Below are positions 9,570-21,489 of a DNA stretch of 64,000 nucleotides, piece by piece. The first letter of the stretch is position 1. Each line of letters starts with the position of its first letter. Where the stretch lies: contig CBFHKU010000009.1 in NCBI GenBank assembly GCA_965656495.1, positions 1 through 64,000 of the forward strand, given 5' to 3'. The stretch comes from Coraliomargaritaceae bacterium. GTDB taxonomy: Bacteria > Verrucomicrobiota > Verrucomicrobiia > Opitutales > Coraliomargaritaceae. Below the pieces are notes generated by a model, which ran no database searches, was not told the DNA's origin, and saw only the letters and a program-made list of their open reading frames with translations. A program made the position numbers and the translations under genes.

Positions 9570-11039
9570 ATGATTTCGCGAACGCCAGTAGCCCTGCGCG
9601 AGTGGATCGTCCTTGTATGCGGCGGTTTGACGATGGTCTTTACCGCCTGGGCTTTTTCGGGGATGCCGAACTGGTCGATTGTCACCTTGATGGTAGGTGG
9701 TGTATCGACTTTGTTGGCGGCGGTGGTGCCGATGCCGGATCGTTGGAATGGATTGGATGGGCAGCATGGAAATCGTGAGAATGTGCTCCGTTTGCTGCGC
9801 TTTCCCTTCTTTTGGCTGAGTCTTTTATTTTTGGTCTACATCAGCATACAGGGTCTGAATCCCCAATGGGAACAGAAGTATGTGGGGTCAGCCTGGTATA
9901 TGGAGCATTCCCCGGAGGGCAGTTATGTTGACTGGTTGCCCACCGGGGTGGATACGGACTACAAACCGGTTAGCGCCCTGCGTGTATTTAATTATTACTC
10001 GGCAGCCTTTGCTTTGAGTTGGGGGTTTTGGGTGGGCTTGCGTCGCAGAAAAACGGTATTGATGGCGCTGTGGGCATTTACGCTGAGCGGGGTCTCGATG
10101 TCGGCGGTGGCGATCGCGCAGAAATACATGGATGCGCCAAAGGTGCTGTGGTTGATCGAATCCGCGAATCCTAATTTTTGGGGATCTTTCTTTTACCGCA
10201 ATCATGGAGTGGCCTTTCTCATCCTAATCCTCATCGCCTGTGCCTTTCTGTATTTTTACCATTATAACAAGAGCCAGCGGCACATGCAGAAAGGGGGGCC
10301 GTATTTGCTCTTGTTGTTGTTCGTCTTTCTTGTGGCGCTCTCGATTGCCTTGGCGCTTTCGCGCGGCGGTATTCTCTTTGGGGCGGCATTTGTATGTTTC
10401 TTCTTATTGTTAGCCGTTTTGCGCAGTGTTTTCTCGCATTCTTTTAGGGCGGCAATTCTCGCCTCGCTCATCATATTTTGTTTTCTCGCGGGGGCGGGGT
10501 ATTCAATCCTGCGGCACATCGACGTGGATGCGATTGTCGAGCGCTTTGGCGACATTGAGGCTACGATTGAAAATATGGACACTGATAATCGTGTAATGTG
10601 CACGAAGATTACCTGGAAGATGGCGAAGCAACGCCCGGTATATGGCTGGGGTGCCGGGAGCTGGAGCTACATCTTCCCCATGTACCAAAAAAGTTATCCC
10701 AAGTTATTTTACCGGGGTTACCATTGGAAGCGTGGTTGGTGGGGGCGTAACTTCTACGTGTATGCGCACAATGACTTGGCGCAATTTATGGCGGAATATG
10801 GAATTGTGGGCTGTAGCATGGTGGTCCTTGGGGGCGCATACTGGGGTTTTCTGGCTTTGTTTCGCTCGAAGGGGAATCGCATGGCAGCCTTAATGCTCTT
10901 TGGGGGCGTGGCGGTTATTTTAAGCCATGCCTTTGTGGAGTTTATTTTTCAAAGTCCGGCCTACTGGGTGGCATTGAATGGATTTGCCTGCCTGAGTTGC
11001 AAATTGCTGGTGCTGCACCGCACGCGCATACAGCATTAA
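9570..11039 (+). CDS. O-antigen ligase (Wzy_C) family membrane protein
   Basis: Multiple TM helices, GSFFYRNH, LSRGG, GWGAGSW, AHND motifs. Confidence 0.88.
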   Translation: MISRTPVALREWIVLVCGGLTMVFTAWAFSGMPNWSIVTLMVGGVSTLLAAVVPMPDRWNGLDGQHGNRENVLRLLRFPFFWLSLLFLVYISIQGLNPQWEQKYVGSAWYMEHSPEGSYVDWLPTGVDTDYKPVSALRVFNYYSAAFALSWGFWVGLRRRKTVLMALWAFTLSGVSMSAVAIAQKYMDAPKVLWLIESANPNFWGSFFYRNHGVAFLILILIACAFLYFYHYNKSQRHMQKGGPYLLLLLFVFLVALSIALALSRGGILFGAAFVCFFLLLAVLRSVFSHSFRAAILASLIIFCFLAGAGYSILRHIDVDAIVERFGDIEATIENMDTDNRVMCTKITWKMAKQRPVYGWGAGSWSYIFPMYQKSYPKLFYRGYHWKRGWWGRNFYVYAHNDLAQFMAEYGIVGCSMVVLGGAYWGFLALFRSKGNRMAALMLFGGVAVILSHAFVEFIFQSPAYWVALNGFACLSCKLLVLHRTRIQH

Positions 11040-11049
11040 CCAGCTTAGC

Positions 11050-11898
11050 TTAAGAAAGGTAGCGAGCGCTGAGTTGCGCGGTGATGTATTCCAGGGCCTC
11101 GTCAACGCTGTCGACGACCCGGATCAACTCCAGATCCTCGGGCGAAATCGTACCCCATTCAACGAGCGCTTCGAAATTGACGATCTGTTCCCAGAATTCG
11201 CGCCCGTAGAGGACGATCGGGGGTACTTTTTCGGTTTTCTTGGTTTGGATCAGGGTGAGGGTTTCGAAGAGTTCATCGAGTGTGCCAAAACCACCGGGAA
11301 AGGCGACCAGTGCCTTTGCCATTGAAACAAACCAGTATTTGCGGACGAAGAAGTAATGGAATTCAAAACTCAGCGCTTCCGGGATGTAGGGGTTCATGGA
11401 CTGCTCAAAGGGAAGGCTGATCCCGAGCCCGATTGACTGGGCACCGGCGTTTTTGGCGCCGCGATTGGCGGCTTCCATGATACCCGGTCCCCCTCCGGAG
11501 CAAATTGTGAAACGGCCAGAATCCTCGCCCGGCAATTTCAGGGACCAGTCGGCGAGTGCTTCGGAAAGCTCCATCGCGGCCTGGTAGTAGGGCGCGGAAC
11601 GCAGCATCGCCTTGGCTTGATGCAACTGCCGGTGCAAATCCGCGCCGGGTTCGGCAGTCGCTTGAATGGTGGCTTTGACTTGGTCGAGCTCTTCGGCGGC
11701 GGCTTGCGGATCAACCAGCCGCGCGGAGCCGAAGAGGACGAGGGTGTCGCGAATCCCGGCGCTTTCGAGGCGGATGCCGGGCTCGATCATTTCACAGAGA
11801 ATCCGGATTTGGCGGGCGGAATCGGAATTTAAAAAGTCGAGGTTTTTGTAGGCTTTAAGGGGCCATTCCTGTTCTGGAGTGCTTTTTGAGGTGGTCAT
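11050..11898 (-). CDS. LOG family (TIGR00730-like) nucleotide monophosphate nucleosidase
   Basis: FGSAR, SGGGPGIMEAANRGA, FHYFFVRK, PGGFGTLDE. Confidence 0.92.
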   Translation of the reverse strand: MTTSKSTPEQEWPLKAYKNLDFLNSDSARQIRILCEMIEPGIRLESAGIRDTLVLFGSARLVDPQAAAEELDQVKATIQATAEPGADLHRQLHQAKAMLRSAPYYQAAMELSEALADWSLKLPGEDSGRFTICSGGGPGIMEAANRGAKNAGAQSIGLGISLPFEQSMNPYIPEALSFEFHYFFVRKYWFVSMAKALVAFPGGFGTLDELFETLTLIQTKKTEKVPPIVLYGREFWEQIVNFEALVEWGTISPEDLELIRVVDSVDEALEYITAQLSARYLS

Positions 11899-11917
11899 AT
11901 GCGGCAGTTAAAAGGCT

Positions 11918-11926
11918 TGTGGATAA
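11918..11926 (-). promoter_or_regulatory. Consensus DnaA box (TTATCCACA) upstream of smc
   Basis: Plus strand TGTGGATAA, a 9/9 match, in the LOG/smc divergent intergenic region. Confidence 0.5.
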
Positions 11927-12051
11927 GCTGTTTGAAACGGGGCGGTTCGACAACAATAACCCGCAGATAATTTTTGTAGTTGCGGGTAGGGGTAGCACTG
12001 TTTGTTTTAATCCTTTAACGCAAGCAATACAACTACCCGAATCATACCCAC

Positions 12052-15000
12052 ATGCATCTAAAAGAAATTTCCATCAGTGGATTTAAAAGTTTTGCGGATC
12101 GCACCCGTCTCGATTTGCGACCCGGCGTGACAGCAGTGGTGGGCCCGAATGGTTGCGGCAAAAGTAATATTGTGGATGCGATACGCTGGGTTCTGGGTGA
12201 GCAAAGCGCCAAGGCGCTGCGGGGCGCGTCCATGCAGGACGTTATTTTTGAGGGCAGCGAGAAACGGCGCTCCCTGCCGTTTTGTGAAGTGGCGTTGACC
12301 TTTACCGATTGCGAGGCGGAGCTGGGGACGGCCTTCAACGAAGTCGAGGTCTCGCGGCGGGTGAACCGCGAGGGTGGTAGCGAATACGCCATCAACGGCA
12401 AGACTTCCCGGCTCAAGGACATCCAGCGTCTCTTCGCCAACACCGGGGTGGGGCGGGTCTCCTATTCCTTTATGCTGCAGGGTCAAATCGACCAAATCCT
12501 CTCGACCAACCCTGCGGAACGACGGGTCATCTTCGAGGAAGCGGCCGGCATCACGCTTTACAAAGCCCAACGCAAAGAAGCGCTCAACAAACTCGCCTTG
12601 GTCGATGCCAACCTCGCTCGCGTCACCGACGTGATCGAGGAAGTAAGCCGCCAGATCGGGTCTCTGAAGCGTCAGGCCAGCAAGGCGCTTCGTTATCAAC
12701 GCCTGCAGCATCGTTACGCGCACCTTGATCTCGCATACGGAGCGTATCGCCATGCGAACCTGCGCGAGTCCATCGAACAGGTTGCCACTCGCGCCAAGGC
12801 CTTGCAGGAAACCCTCAAGGCGCACCGCGAAAGCCTGGTGGGGGAAGAGACCGCCCTCGCGGAGCAAAAAAATGCCCGCGCGGAAAAATTTGAAACGATG
12901 CAGGAATTGCAGCAACGTGTTTACAACCTGCGTTCCGAAAAAGAAAACGCCGATAACCAATCCGAGTTTGCCGGAATCCGCACCAAGGATTTGCAGGGCC
13001 GCATCGAAGAATTTAAAGCGGAGATCGCAGGCCTCGAGGAACAAAAGGCCGCCCTGGCTTCCCGCGCGCAGGATGCCACTCAAAACAAACAAATGCAGCT
13101 GGACGTGGTGGATGATTCCGACCGCATTTTCCAGGATCACAGCAATGCCTTGGTGAAGGCTCAGGAAGCCTTGGGAGAACTGGAGGCCGAACTGCAACAG
13201 AGCCGTCAAAACGTCTTGCACGCCGAAAACCGCCTCAACCGTGCGCGTTCCTCCTGCACCACTCTCGAAGTCGATCTCAAAACCTATCAGGTCAAGCACG
13301 CAGCCCTCAATGAAGCGCAGTTGGAATTAAAGGCGCAATCCGAGGAATTGGAAAAGGGTCGCGGGGAATTGGACACCCTTTTGGCAAAACGCAAAACGGA
13401 GGTCGCCCACAGCCAGACCTCCTTTGACTCCGCCCGCGAACGCGCATCCGCCTCACTCGCGAACTTCCGTTCCATTCAGGAAAAGATTCAGGAGCAGGAT
13501 CGCGGGATCGCCCGCAAGGCCGCGCAGCTCCACATCCTCGAAGGCCTGCAGGCAAAATTTGAGGGCTTCGGGGAAGGCGCGAAAGCGATTCTGGAAGACC
13601 GCCTCGGTGAAACCCTCTCGAAAGACAGTGTTTCCATTCTCTCCAAAGCGCTGAAGGTGCAGCCCGAATATACGAAGGCGCTGGAGGCCCTGCTCGGATC
13701 CGCAATGGAAGCCCTTTTTGTGGGCGATTCCACCAAAGCCCTCTCCGTGATCGGCAAACTCGACGCCGAGTCGCTGGGACGCGCCTGCCTGCAAATTGAC
13801 GTGGAGGCCGCCGGAATCGCTCCGCGTGTTGAACTGCCGGGACACATCCGACCCGCTGCCTCGGTGATCAGTGTCCGGGACGATGCCCTTTACGCGCCGG
13901 CGCAGCGTCTCCTGGCGGGGTGCTACTTCGTTGAAAAACTCTCGGACGCGGTGGAATTCTGGAAAGCGCATCCCGATTTTAATTTCCTCATGGTTTCGAC
14001 CGCGCAGGGTGAGATCCTCGATTGCCGCGGCTTGATTCACGGTGGGCGGGCCTCCGGTCAGCAATCCTCCAGCGTGCTCGAACGCGAGGTGGAAATACGC
14101 CGCCTGCGCGGAGAAATCGAAATGGAGCGCAAGGAACTCAACCAATTGCGCGAACAGGCTGCGCGGGTCGAGGAGGAACGCGAATCCGCCGAGGCGAACG
14201 TGGAAACCTCGCGCCAACGCCTGACGGAACTCTCCAATGAACTCTCCGCCATGACGGCAGACGCCCGCGGACAGCTTGATAAAATTGAACAAAACAAACT
14301 GAGCCGCAGTTCGGGCGAGGCGGAAATCAAAGCCCTCGACGTGCATCACAGTGAGGCCATCAAGGCGCTCGATGGAGCCAAGGAAGAATTGCAGGCCGCC
14401 GAAAAAGGACTCGAGGAAAGTCGCGGGGGCGTGGACACCATCGAAGCTGCGATCGCCAAGGCCCGAGAAAACCGTGAGTCGAAACGCGAGGCGCTCGCGG
14501 ATGTGCGGCTCGAGTTGGCGGAGAAAAAGCAACGCCTCGAAACTTTGGATCGTTCGCTGGGCGAGGTGCAGCGCGAATCGGCTGATTTGCAGGAACGCAT
14601 CCTGCGCCGCAATCAGGAGATCGACACCCTCAACGAACAGATTTCGAAATTGACCGGTACGGTGGCATCCGAGCAGGAAAAGAGCGCGGAATTGAACCGC
14701 ACGCTGGAAGTGGCGATTGCGCAACTGGACAGCGACCGCGAAGCCATGAAGGCGCTGGATGCCGAGCTGGTGCAACGCGAAAGCGCCCTCGCGGAGCGCC
14801 GGGAAGCCAGTCGCGGTGAAGAACAGGAATTGAGCAAATTGGAAGTGCGACTCGCGGAGGAGCGTTCACAAATCGGATTTATCGAGGAAAATTCCCGCGA
14901 TGCCCACCAAGCCGAACTTGGCAGCATCGATTGGAAAATGGAACTCTGGGAAGCGGCAGTTGAATTTGAGAAGCGCGTCAATCTCGACGAGATGGACGAC

Positions 15001-15759
15001 CCCGATAAACTGGCGGTGCAACCCAAATCCGAGCGGCGCGAGCCCACCGAGGAAGAGCTCGCCGAGATGGACCAGACCGACTGGAGCAGCATCGAGGAGG
15101 AGGTCCGCGAACTCAAGGGACGCCTCGCCAACATGGGGCCCGTCAATCTCGAGGCGATTGGCGAATATACCGACCTCAAGGAGCGCCACGATTTCCTGAA
15201 GCATCAAAGCGAGGATCTCTGGAATTCCAAAAATGCGCTGGTGCAATCCATTGATTCCATTAACGAGACCTCCCAGACCCTCTTCCGGGACACCTTTGAA
15301 CAGGTGCGCAAGAATTTTGCCTTCACCTACGACAAACTCTCCGGCGGGGGTTCGGCGGATTTGAAATTGATCGATGCCGATGACCCGCTTGAATCCGGGA
15401 TCGAAATCATCGCGCGCCCCCCGGGAACGCGTTTAAAGAGCGTCACCCTTCTTTCCGGCGGGCAACGTACCATGGCGGCGGTCGCGCTTCTCTTTGCCAT
15501 TTATTTGGTCAAACCCAGTCCTTTCTGCGTGCTCGATGAAATTGATGCCGCCCTTGATGATGCCAACATCGGGCGTTTCTGCGAGACCCTCCACGGGTTC
15601 ACTGACAAGTCGCAGTTCCTCATCATCACCCACAACAAGCGCACTATTTCGAATGCCGACACGGTTTTCGGGGTCACCATGCCCGAGAAGGGCGTTTCCA
15701 CTCTTATCTCGATGCGCTTCAACAAAGAGTCCAACCGCCAGGAACCCGTTGGCGCTTAA
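12052..15759 (+). CDS. smc: Chromosome segregation protein SMC
   Basis: GFKSF, Walker [10 protein letters not shown], coiled coils with hinge, LSGGQ signature, Walker [19 protein letters not shown]. Confidence 0.98.
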   Translation: MHLKEISISGFKSFADRTRLDLRPGVTAVVGPNGCGKSNIVDAIRWVLGEQSAKALRGASMQDVIFEGSEKRRSLPFCEVALTFTDCEAELGTAFNEVEVSRRVNREGGSEYAINGKTSRLKDIQRLFANTGVGRVSYSFMLQGQIDQILSTNPAERRVIFEEAAGITLYKAQRKEALNKLALVDANLARVTDVIEEVSRQIGSLKRQASKALRYQRLQHRYAHLDLAYGAYRHANLRESIEQVATRAKALQETLKAHRESLVGEETALAEQKNARAEKFETMQELQQRVYNLRSEKENADNQSEFAGIRTKDLQGRIEEFKAEIAGLEEQKAALASRAQDATQNKQMQLDVVDDSDRIFQDHSNALVKAQEALGELEAELQQSRQNVLHAENRLNRARSSCTTLEVDLKTYQVKHAALNEAQLELKAQSEELEKGRGELDTLLAKRKTEVAHSQTSFDSARERASASLANFRSIQEKIQEQDRGIARKAAQLHILEGLQAKFEGFGEGAKAILEDRLGETLSKDSVSILSKALKVQPEYTKALEALLGSAMEALFVGDSTKALSVIGKLDAESLGRACLQIDVEAAGIAPRVELPGHIRPAASVISVRDDALYAPAQRLLAGCYFVEKLSDAVEFWKAHPDFNFLMVSTAQGEILDCRGLIHGGRASGQQSSSVLEREVEIRRLRGEIEMERKELNQLREQAARVEEERESAEANVETSRQRLTELSNELSAMTADARGQLDKIEQNKLSRSSGEAEIKALDVHHSEAIKALDGAKEELQAAEKGLEESRGGVDTIEAAIAKARENRESKREALADVRLELAEKKQRLETLDRSLGEVQRESADLQERILRRNQEIDTLNEQISKLTGTVASEQEKSAELNRTLEVAIAQLDSDREAMKALDAELVQRESALAERREASRGEEQELSKLEVRLAEERSQIGFIEENSRDAHQAELGSIDWKMELWEAAVEFEKRVNLDEMDDPDKLAVQPKSERREPTEEELAEMDQTDWSSIEEEVRELKGRLANMGPVNLEAIGEYTDLKERHDFLKHQSEDLWNSKNALVQSIDSINETSQTLFRDTFEQVRKNFAFTYDKLSGGGSADLKLIDADDPLESGIEIIARPPGTRLKSVTLLSGGQRTMAAVALLFAIYLVKPSPFCVLDEIDAALDDANIGRFCETLHGFTDKSQFLIITHNKRTISNADTVFGVTMPEKGVSTLISMRFNKESNRQEPVGA

Positions 15760-15782
15760 ATCTGTAACCGCTCAACCCGCCA

Positions 15783-16016
15783 GTGATATATCCCGGGCTC
15801 GATATTATTTTTCTTTTTCTCCTGACCGCCGGGATCGTTTTCTTGATAGGCTTGTGGATTTACTATGACCGGCGTGACAGCCAGCGCGAAACCGAGGGCC
15901 GCCACGACGTCATTTATCACTGTATCAAATGCAGTCATATCTACACCGGTGTTCACGGAAGCGAAGAATGCGATTGCCCCAAGTGCGGCTTTTGTAATGG
16001 TCGCTTACAATTCTGA
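15783..16016 (+). CDS. Small membrane-anchored zinc-ribbon protein
   Basis: 77 aa: one TM helix then CIKC...CPKC; fills the smc-guaA gap co-directionally; GTG start uncertain. Confidence 0.75.
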   Translation: MIYPGLDIIFLFLLTAGIVFLIGLWIYYDRRDSQRETEGRHDVIYHCIKCSHIYTGVHGSEECDCPKCGFCNGRLQF

Positions 16017-16068
16017 TAATCTTTTAGCACAGTCCTTGCTTATTTAAAACGCATCATCCAATCCATCC

Positions 16069-17616
16069 ATGGCAGAACATATTGCAGTCCTCGACTTCGG
16101 TTCCCAATACACACAGGTCATCGCCCGCCGTATTCGTGAACTGAAGGTCTTATCACGCATTTACCCCTACAACACCAAGGTGGCGGAGCTCAAACGCGCG
16201 GGGGTGAAGGGGATCATTCTATCGGGCGGCCCGTCATCGGTCCTTTCAAAAGGCTCCCCGCGCCCCGACCGCAAAATCTTCGAGATGGGTCTTCCCATCC
16301 TCGGCATTTGCTACGGCGAGCAACTCATGGCGCACCTCTTGGGCGGCAAGGTTGCCAAGAGCACCCACCGCGAATTCGGACACGGCACCCTTACCATCAA
16401 AAAGAAAGGTAAACTATTTGCAGGCTTGCCAAAAAACCTCCGCGTCTGGAATTCCCACGGGGATCGCCTCGAAAAACTCCCCTCCGGATTCGAGGCGATT
16501 GCCTCCACCGAAAATTCCCCCTACGCCACCATTCAGGATCCCAAGCGCAATTTCTTCGGCATGCAGTTTCACCCGGAGGTCGCGCATTCTGAAATGGGGA
16601 TGGAAGTCCTCGGCAATTTCATCCTGAAGATCTGCAAATGCGACCACAACTGGTCGATGGCGAACTACATCGAACATTCCATCAAGCAGATTCGGGAAAC
16701 GGTCGGCGATCAGCGTGTCATTCTCGGCCTCAGTGGCGGGGTTGATTCTTCGGTTGCCGCCGCGCTCATCCACCGCGCCATTGGCAAACAGCTCACCTGC
16801 GTCTTTGTCGACAATGGCCTCCTGCGCCTCCACGAGCGCGAACAGGTTGAAAAACTCTACGGTGACCACTTCAACCTCGACCTTCGCGTCGCCCGCAAAA
16901 GCAAGCTCTTCCTCGACCGCCTCAAGGGCGTCGCCGACCCCGAGCGCAAACGCAAGATCATCGGCAACACCTTTGTCGAAGTCTTCGACGAAGCCGTTAC
17001 CAAACTTAAAAAACGCGGCAACTACGCCTTCCTCGCACAGGGTACCCTCTATCCCGACGTCATCGAATCCGTGGCGATCGACGGCAACCCCGCCGCCCTC
17101 ATCAAGAGTCACCACAACGTCGGCGGTCTGCCCAAACGCATGAAGCTCAAACTCCTCGAGCCCCTCCGCGAACTCTTTAAGGATGAAGTCCGCGAACTCG
17201 GCACCGAGCTGGGCCTCCCCAAGGAGGTCGTTTGGCGCCAACCCTTCCCGGGACCCGGACTGGGCGTCCGCGTGATGGGCCCCATTCGCAAGGCCGACCT
17301 CGATGTCCTACGCAAAGCCGACGCGATCCTGCACGAGGAAATGATGGCAAGTGATCTTTACTACAAAGTCTGGCAATCCTTTTGCGTCTTTCTGCCGGTT
17401 AAAACGGTGGGCGTCATGGGAGACGAGCGCACATATGAAAATGTCGTAGCGCTCCGCATCGTGGAAAGCGTGGATGCCATGACCGCCGACTGGTCACGCG
17501 TTCCATACGAAGTCCTCCGAACCATCTCCAACCGCATCATCAACGAAGTCTCCGGTTGTAACCGGGTCGTCTTCGATATCAGTTCCAAGCCCCCCGGTAC
17601 GATTGAGTGGGAATAA
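16069..17616 (+). CDS. guaA: GMP synthase (glutamine-hydrolysing)
   Basis: [44 protein letters not shown]. Confidence 0.99.
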   Translation: MAEHIAVLDFGSQYTQVIARRIRELKVLSRIYPYNTKVAELKRAGVKGIILSGGPSSVLSKGSPRPDRKIFEMGLPILGICYGEQLMAHLLGGKVAKSTHREFGHGTLTIKKKGKLFAGLPKNLRVWNSHGDRLEKLPSGFEAIASTENSPYATIQDPKRNFFGMQFHPEVAHSEMGMEVLGNFILKICKCDHNWSMANYIEHSIKQIRETVGDQRVILGLSGGVDSSVAAALIHRAIGKQLTCVFVDNGLLRLHEREQVEKLYGDHFNLDLRVARKSKLFLDRLKGVADPERKRKIIGNTFVEVFDEAVTKLKKRGNYAFLAQGTLYPDVIESVAIDGNPAALIKSHHNVGGLPKRMKLKLLEPLRELFKDEVRELGTELGLPKEVVWRQPFPGPGLGVRVMGPIRKADLDVLRKADAILHEEMMASDLYYKVWQSFCVFLPVKTVGVMGDERTYENVVALRIVESVDAMTADWSRVPYEVLRTISNRIINEVSGCNRVVFDISSKPPGTIEWE

Positions 17617-17670
17617 TTATTTGAAAAAAGCCGAACCTAGCGCCCGTTTTTGAGTCTACATCATTTAAGG

Positions 17671-18402
17671 ATGTATCGTTTTTGTATCGCATTTAGCCTT
17701 GCCGCCGCCTCGATGCTTCCCGCGCAGACCCCCACCGCCGGAAGCATCATTCAGCGCGCGCGGACCATGGTCGGGCCGGAGCCCGCCCTGGGGGATATCG
17801 TCACGCTCCGCATCGAAGGCCGGGTGCAACCGCAGGACTCAAAACTCATGCCCGCAAAAGTAGTCCTGACCGCGCGCAAACCCTGTTCCCAGCGTCTTGA
17901 AATATATGTCGATGACATTGTCGAAACAACGATCCTGCATGGCGGAGAGGCCGTGGTGATTCGTGCGCATGAAAAAGAGGGGCTCGGTCAGATGCGCCCG
18001 CTTTCTCAGGCCGAGCGCGAATGCCTCGAGCATAGCACCCGCAATTTATTCAATTTCTACACCCCCGACAACAAACACGGCGAAAATGCAAGCTATGCCG
18101 GAATCGCCAAGCATCGCGGGCAAATCTGCGATGTCATCGTTTATAACCGCCCCGGAAGAACCAAAACCCTCCGCTATTTCTCGCGCAAAGAAGCAAAACT
18201 CGTTGCGACCATCCAGGAAGTGTCCGGTGAACAGGTCGAAGTGGTCGAGGACGGCGACCTTTACGTGGACGGGATTCGCTTCCCGAGGGCGCAGCTTTAT
18301 TTTCAGGACAAGCAGCCCCTCCACCGCATGGAAGTGGATAAAGTCCTCGTAAATTCGGTCCTCGAGGAGGGAATCTTTGATATTCCCGAACAAAAGAAAT
18401 AA
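17671..18402 (+). CDS. Exported hypothetical protein (possibly LolA-like/lipoprotein-sorting fold)
   Basis: Signal peptide, beta-rich body, C-terminal DGIRFP...VN....GIFDIP pattern; fold assignment is an inference. Confidence 0.7.
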   Translation: MYRFCIAFSLAAASMLPAQTPTAGSIIQRARTMVGPEPALGDIVTLRIEGRVQPQDSKLMPAKVVLTARKPCSQRLEIYVDDIVETTILHGGEAVVIRAHEKEGLGQMRPLSQAERECLEHSTRNLFNFYTPDNKHGENASYAGIAKHRGQICDVIVYNRPGRTKTLRYFSRKEAKLVATIQEVSGEQVEVVEDGDLYVDGIRFPRAQLYFQDKQPLHRMEVDKVLVNSVLEEGIFDIPEQKK

Positions 18403-18452
18403 TTCTACCCTGTCTTGCACGCAGGGCGGCGAAGTGTTTGCTTAGGGGCATC

Positions 18453-19748
18453 ATGCAAAAGCTGGAGTTTTCCGACACCCCGAAATTTAAAACCTCCCTG
18501 CGTCGTTTCTGCGCCAAAGCGAACGTCACGGGTGACCTTGCCCAAGTCGTCAGTGGCATCCTTCAAGAGGTCAGCGCCAAGGGTGACCGCGCCGTCCTCG
18601 CCGCCACCGAACGCTTTGACGGCGCGCGATTGACCGCCCCCGCGATGCGAGTCGCACCGGCTGAACTCAAGGCCGCCCTCAAAAGCCTCTCCGCCACCGA
18701 GCGCAAAGCGATCCGCGAATCGATTGCGATGGTCAAAGATTTTCACCGCAAAACCCTCCCCAAAAACTGGCAGGCTAAAAATGCCCACGGCGCGACCGTC
18801 GGCGAGCGTTTCTATCCCATTCAGCGCGTAGGCCTTTACATCCCCGGCGGCAACGTCCCGCTGGTCTCCACCGTCATCATGACCGCGGTACTCGCCAAAC
18901 TGGTGCGTTGTCCGGAAGTCGCGGTCTGCACCCCGCCGCGCCCCGATGGCAGCATTGCCCCCGGCATGCTCGCCGCGCTCGCGATGGTTGGCATTGAGGA
19001 AGTTTACAAAGTCGGAGGCGTGCAGGCAATCGGCGCGCTGGCATACGGCACCAAGACCATCGCCCCCGTCGATAAAATCTTCGGTCCGGGTAATGCCTAC
19101 GTGATGGAAGCAAAACGCCAGGTACTCGGCACGGTCGGTATCGATCTCCTCCCCGGGCCCAGCGAAGTCATGCTCATTGCAGACGGCGGCGCGAACCCCC
19201 GTCACCTCGCCGCCGATCTCCTCGCGCAGGCGGAACACGGCAGCGGCAAGGAAATCCTTTATTACGCCACCACCAGCAAAGCGCAGGTCGCAAAAGTCGA
19301 ACGCGCCATCGCGGCGCAATTGCCCGCGCTCTGCCACGGAGAAAAATGCGCGGCGATCCTCAAGGATCGTTGCCTCGCGATCATTTGCCGCAATCTCCCG
19401 CAGACCGCCGAGGTCGCCAACTACATCGCTCCCGAGCACCTCGAGCTACAGGTCGCCGACAAAGCCTTACCCGCGCTCAATCAAGCCATCACCACCGCCG
19501 GCGCGATCCTGCAGGGCTATTACACCCCCACCGTCCTCGGTGACTTCACCGCCGGGCCCAGTCATACCCTTCCCACCGGACGCGCCGGGCGGTTCTTCAG
19601 CGGGCTTCAGGCAACCGACTTTCTGCGCCGTTCCAGCACCGTCCGTTACGATGCCCGCAGCCTCGCCAAAGCCGCCCCGGTGGTTGAAACCTTCGCCCGC
19701 CTCGAGGAACTCGACGCCCACGGCAATTCCCTCAAGATCCGCCTTTAG
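18453..19748 (+). CDS. hisD: Histidinol dehydrogenase
   Basis: [41 protein letters not shown]. Confidence 0.97.
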   Translation: MQKLEFSDTPKFKTSLRRFCAKANVTGDLAQVVSGILQEVSAKGDRAVLAATERFDGARLTAPAMRVAPAELKAALKSLSATERKAIRESIAMVKDFHRKTLPKNWQAKNAHGATVGERFYPIQRVGLYIPGGNVPLVSTVIMTAVLAKLVRCPEVAVCTPPRPDGSIAPGMLAALAMVGIEEVYKVGGVQAIGALAYGTKTIAPVDKIFGPGNAYVMEAKRQVLGTVGIDLLPGPSEVMLIADGGANPRHLAADLLAQAEHGSGKEILYYATTSKAQVAKVERAIAAQLPALCHGEKCAAILKDRCLAIICRNLPQTAEVANYIAPEHLELQVADKALPALNQAITTAGAILQGYYTPTVLGDFTAGPSHTLPTGRAGRFFSGLQATDFLRRSSTVRYDARSLAKAAPVVETFARLEELDAHGNSLKIRL

Positions 19749-19756
19749 GAGCACCC

Positions 19757-20848
19757 ATGAAAAAATCCTTTGAGGCTCAAGCGCTGGCGCAGGCGCATAT
19801 TCAGGCATTGCACGCTTACGTGCCGGGTGAACAACCGCAGGGTGGGGGCTGGACGAAGCTCAACACCAATGAAAATCCTTATCCGCCCTCGGCGGCGGTG
19901 GCTCCGGCGGTCGCAGCAGAGGCGGCGAAATTGCAGTTTTATCCGGAACCGACCAGTGCGGCGCTGCGCGCTGCAATCGGCGAGTCCTTTGGCCTCAGCT
20001 CCGCGCATGTCATCATCGGGAATGGTTCGGACAACATCCTGGATTTGATCACCCGTTGTTTCGGGCAGACGCCGGGGGTGGGGCATACTGTGCCGAGTTA
20101 TTCGCTCTATCCGGTGGTGGCGGGGATGTCGGGTCAGGAATTATTGGAAGTGCCCTTTGATCGTTCGATGCGGCTCGATGTCGCGGCGATTGCGAGCCTG
20201 CAGGCGCGGGTCTTTTTCCTGACAAATCCCAATGCTCCGACCGGGGTGGCGTTTTCCCTAAAGGAAATCGAGCAGGTGTTGCAGTCGATTGACGGGCTCC
20301 TGGTGGTGGACGAGGCCTATGTCGATTTTGGGGGCGAGAGTGCCTTCCCGCTTCTGGAGGCGTATGAAAACCTGATCGTGGTACGCACTTTCTCAAAATC
20401 CTACAGCTTGGCGGGCATGCGGGTGGGTTTCGCCCTCGCCGCGCCGGAAATCATTGAATTGCTCGATCGGGTGCGCGATGCCTACAACCTCGACCGCATC
20501 GCGCAGGCCGCCGCCCTCGCGGCTTTTACAGACCGCGCCTATTTTGAAGCCCGCTGTGCGGAGGTCATCGCCACCCGCGAACAGACCCGCGCGGCGCTCG
20601 ATGCGCATGGCTGGTTCACTTATCCCTCGAGCGCCAATTTCCTGTTTACCGAGCCCAAAAACGCGGCGGGGGAATCGGGCCCCGAAGTTGCCGCCGCCCT
20701 CTTTGAACACCTCAAGGCGCAACGCGTTTTGGTGCGCTATTTCCCGGGGCATCCTTTAACTTGCGCTTTTATCCGCGTCAGCATAGGAACAGAGGCAGAA
20801 ATGCAGGTATTTTTAACCGCGATCAACTTATGGCTGAACCACGCATAG
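19757..20848 (+). CDS. hisC: Histidinol-phosphate aminotransferase
   Basis: [45 protein letters not shown] upstream. Confidence 0.96.
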   Translation: MKKSFEAQALAQAHIQALHAYVPGEQPQGGGWTKLNTNENPYPPSAAVAPAVAAEAAKLQFYPEPTSAALRAAIGESFGLSSAHVIIGNGSDNILDLITRCFGQTPGVGHTVPSYSLYPVVAGMSGQELLEVPFDRSMRLDVAAIASLQARVFFLTNPNAPTGVAFSLKEIEQVLQSIDGLLVVDEAYVDFGGESAFPLLEAYENLIVVRTFSKSYSLAGMRVGFALAAPEIIELLDRVRDAYNLDRIAQAAALAAFTDRAYFEARCAEVIATREQTRAALDAHGWFTYPSSANFLFTEPKNAAGESGPEVAAALFEHLKAQRVLVRYFPGHPLTCAFIRVSIGTEAEMQVFLTAINLWLNHA

Positions 20849-21432
20849 CATCCCTTACCCGTAATACCAAGGAAACCCAGATCACGATGGAACTCGCGAT
20901 CGACGGCAACGGCGTCTCGGAAATCGAGACCGGTATTCCTTTTCTCGACCACATGCTCACCCTCTTTGCGCGCCACGGCTTCTTTGATTTAAAGCTCAAG
21001 GCGACCGGCGATATTGATGTCGATTACCACCACACCGTTGAAGACACCGGGATTGTCCTCGGGCAGGTGCTCAAGCAGGCGCTCGGCGAGAAACGCGGCA
21101 TCCGCCGCTATGGCTATTTCCTTTTACCGATGGATGAATCCCTCGCGCGGGTCGCCCTCGATCTCTCGAATCGCCCCGCCTTTGTTTACAAGGTCGATTA
21201 CAAGGACGCGATGGTGCGCGATTTTAGCATCGGCTTGGTGAAGGAATTTTTCCAGGCATTTGCGAACGAGGCGGGCTGCAACCTGCACATCAACCTCGAA
21301 TACGGCGAAGAACCGCACCACATTGCGGAGGCCATCTTTAAAGGCTTCGCCCGCGCGCTGGACAGCGCCACCACGATTGACCCGCGCCTCGGGGATGCCG
21401 TTCCCTCCACGAAGGGCAGCCTCAGCGAATAA
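20830..21432 (+). CDS. hisB: Imidazoleglycerol-phosphate dehydratase
   Basis: [38 protein letters not shown]; start at ATG 20830. Confidence 0.97.
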   Translation: MAEPRIASLTRNTKETQITMELAIDGNGVSEIETGIPFLDHMLTLFARHGFFDLKLKATGDIDVDYHHTVEDTGIVLGQVLKQALGEKRGIRRYGYFLLPMDESLARVALDLSNRPAFVYKVDYKDAMVRDFSIGLVKEFFQAFANEAGCNLHINLEYGEEPHHIAEAIFKGFARALDSATTIDPRLGDAVPSTKGSLSE

Positions 21433-21489
21433 GCGGCTTCAAATTTAAAAAGGTTTGGCTGCGCGGGATTTATGACGGATTGAATAGGA

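Noticed and set aside
11899..12051. oriC
   Set aside because: Only one good DnaA box, no clear unwinding element, and no dnaA/dnaN nearby.
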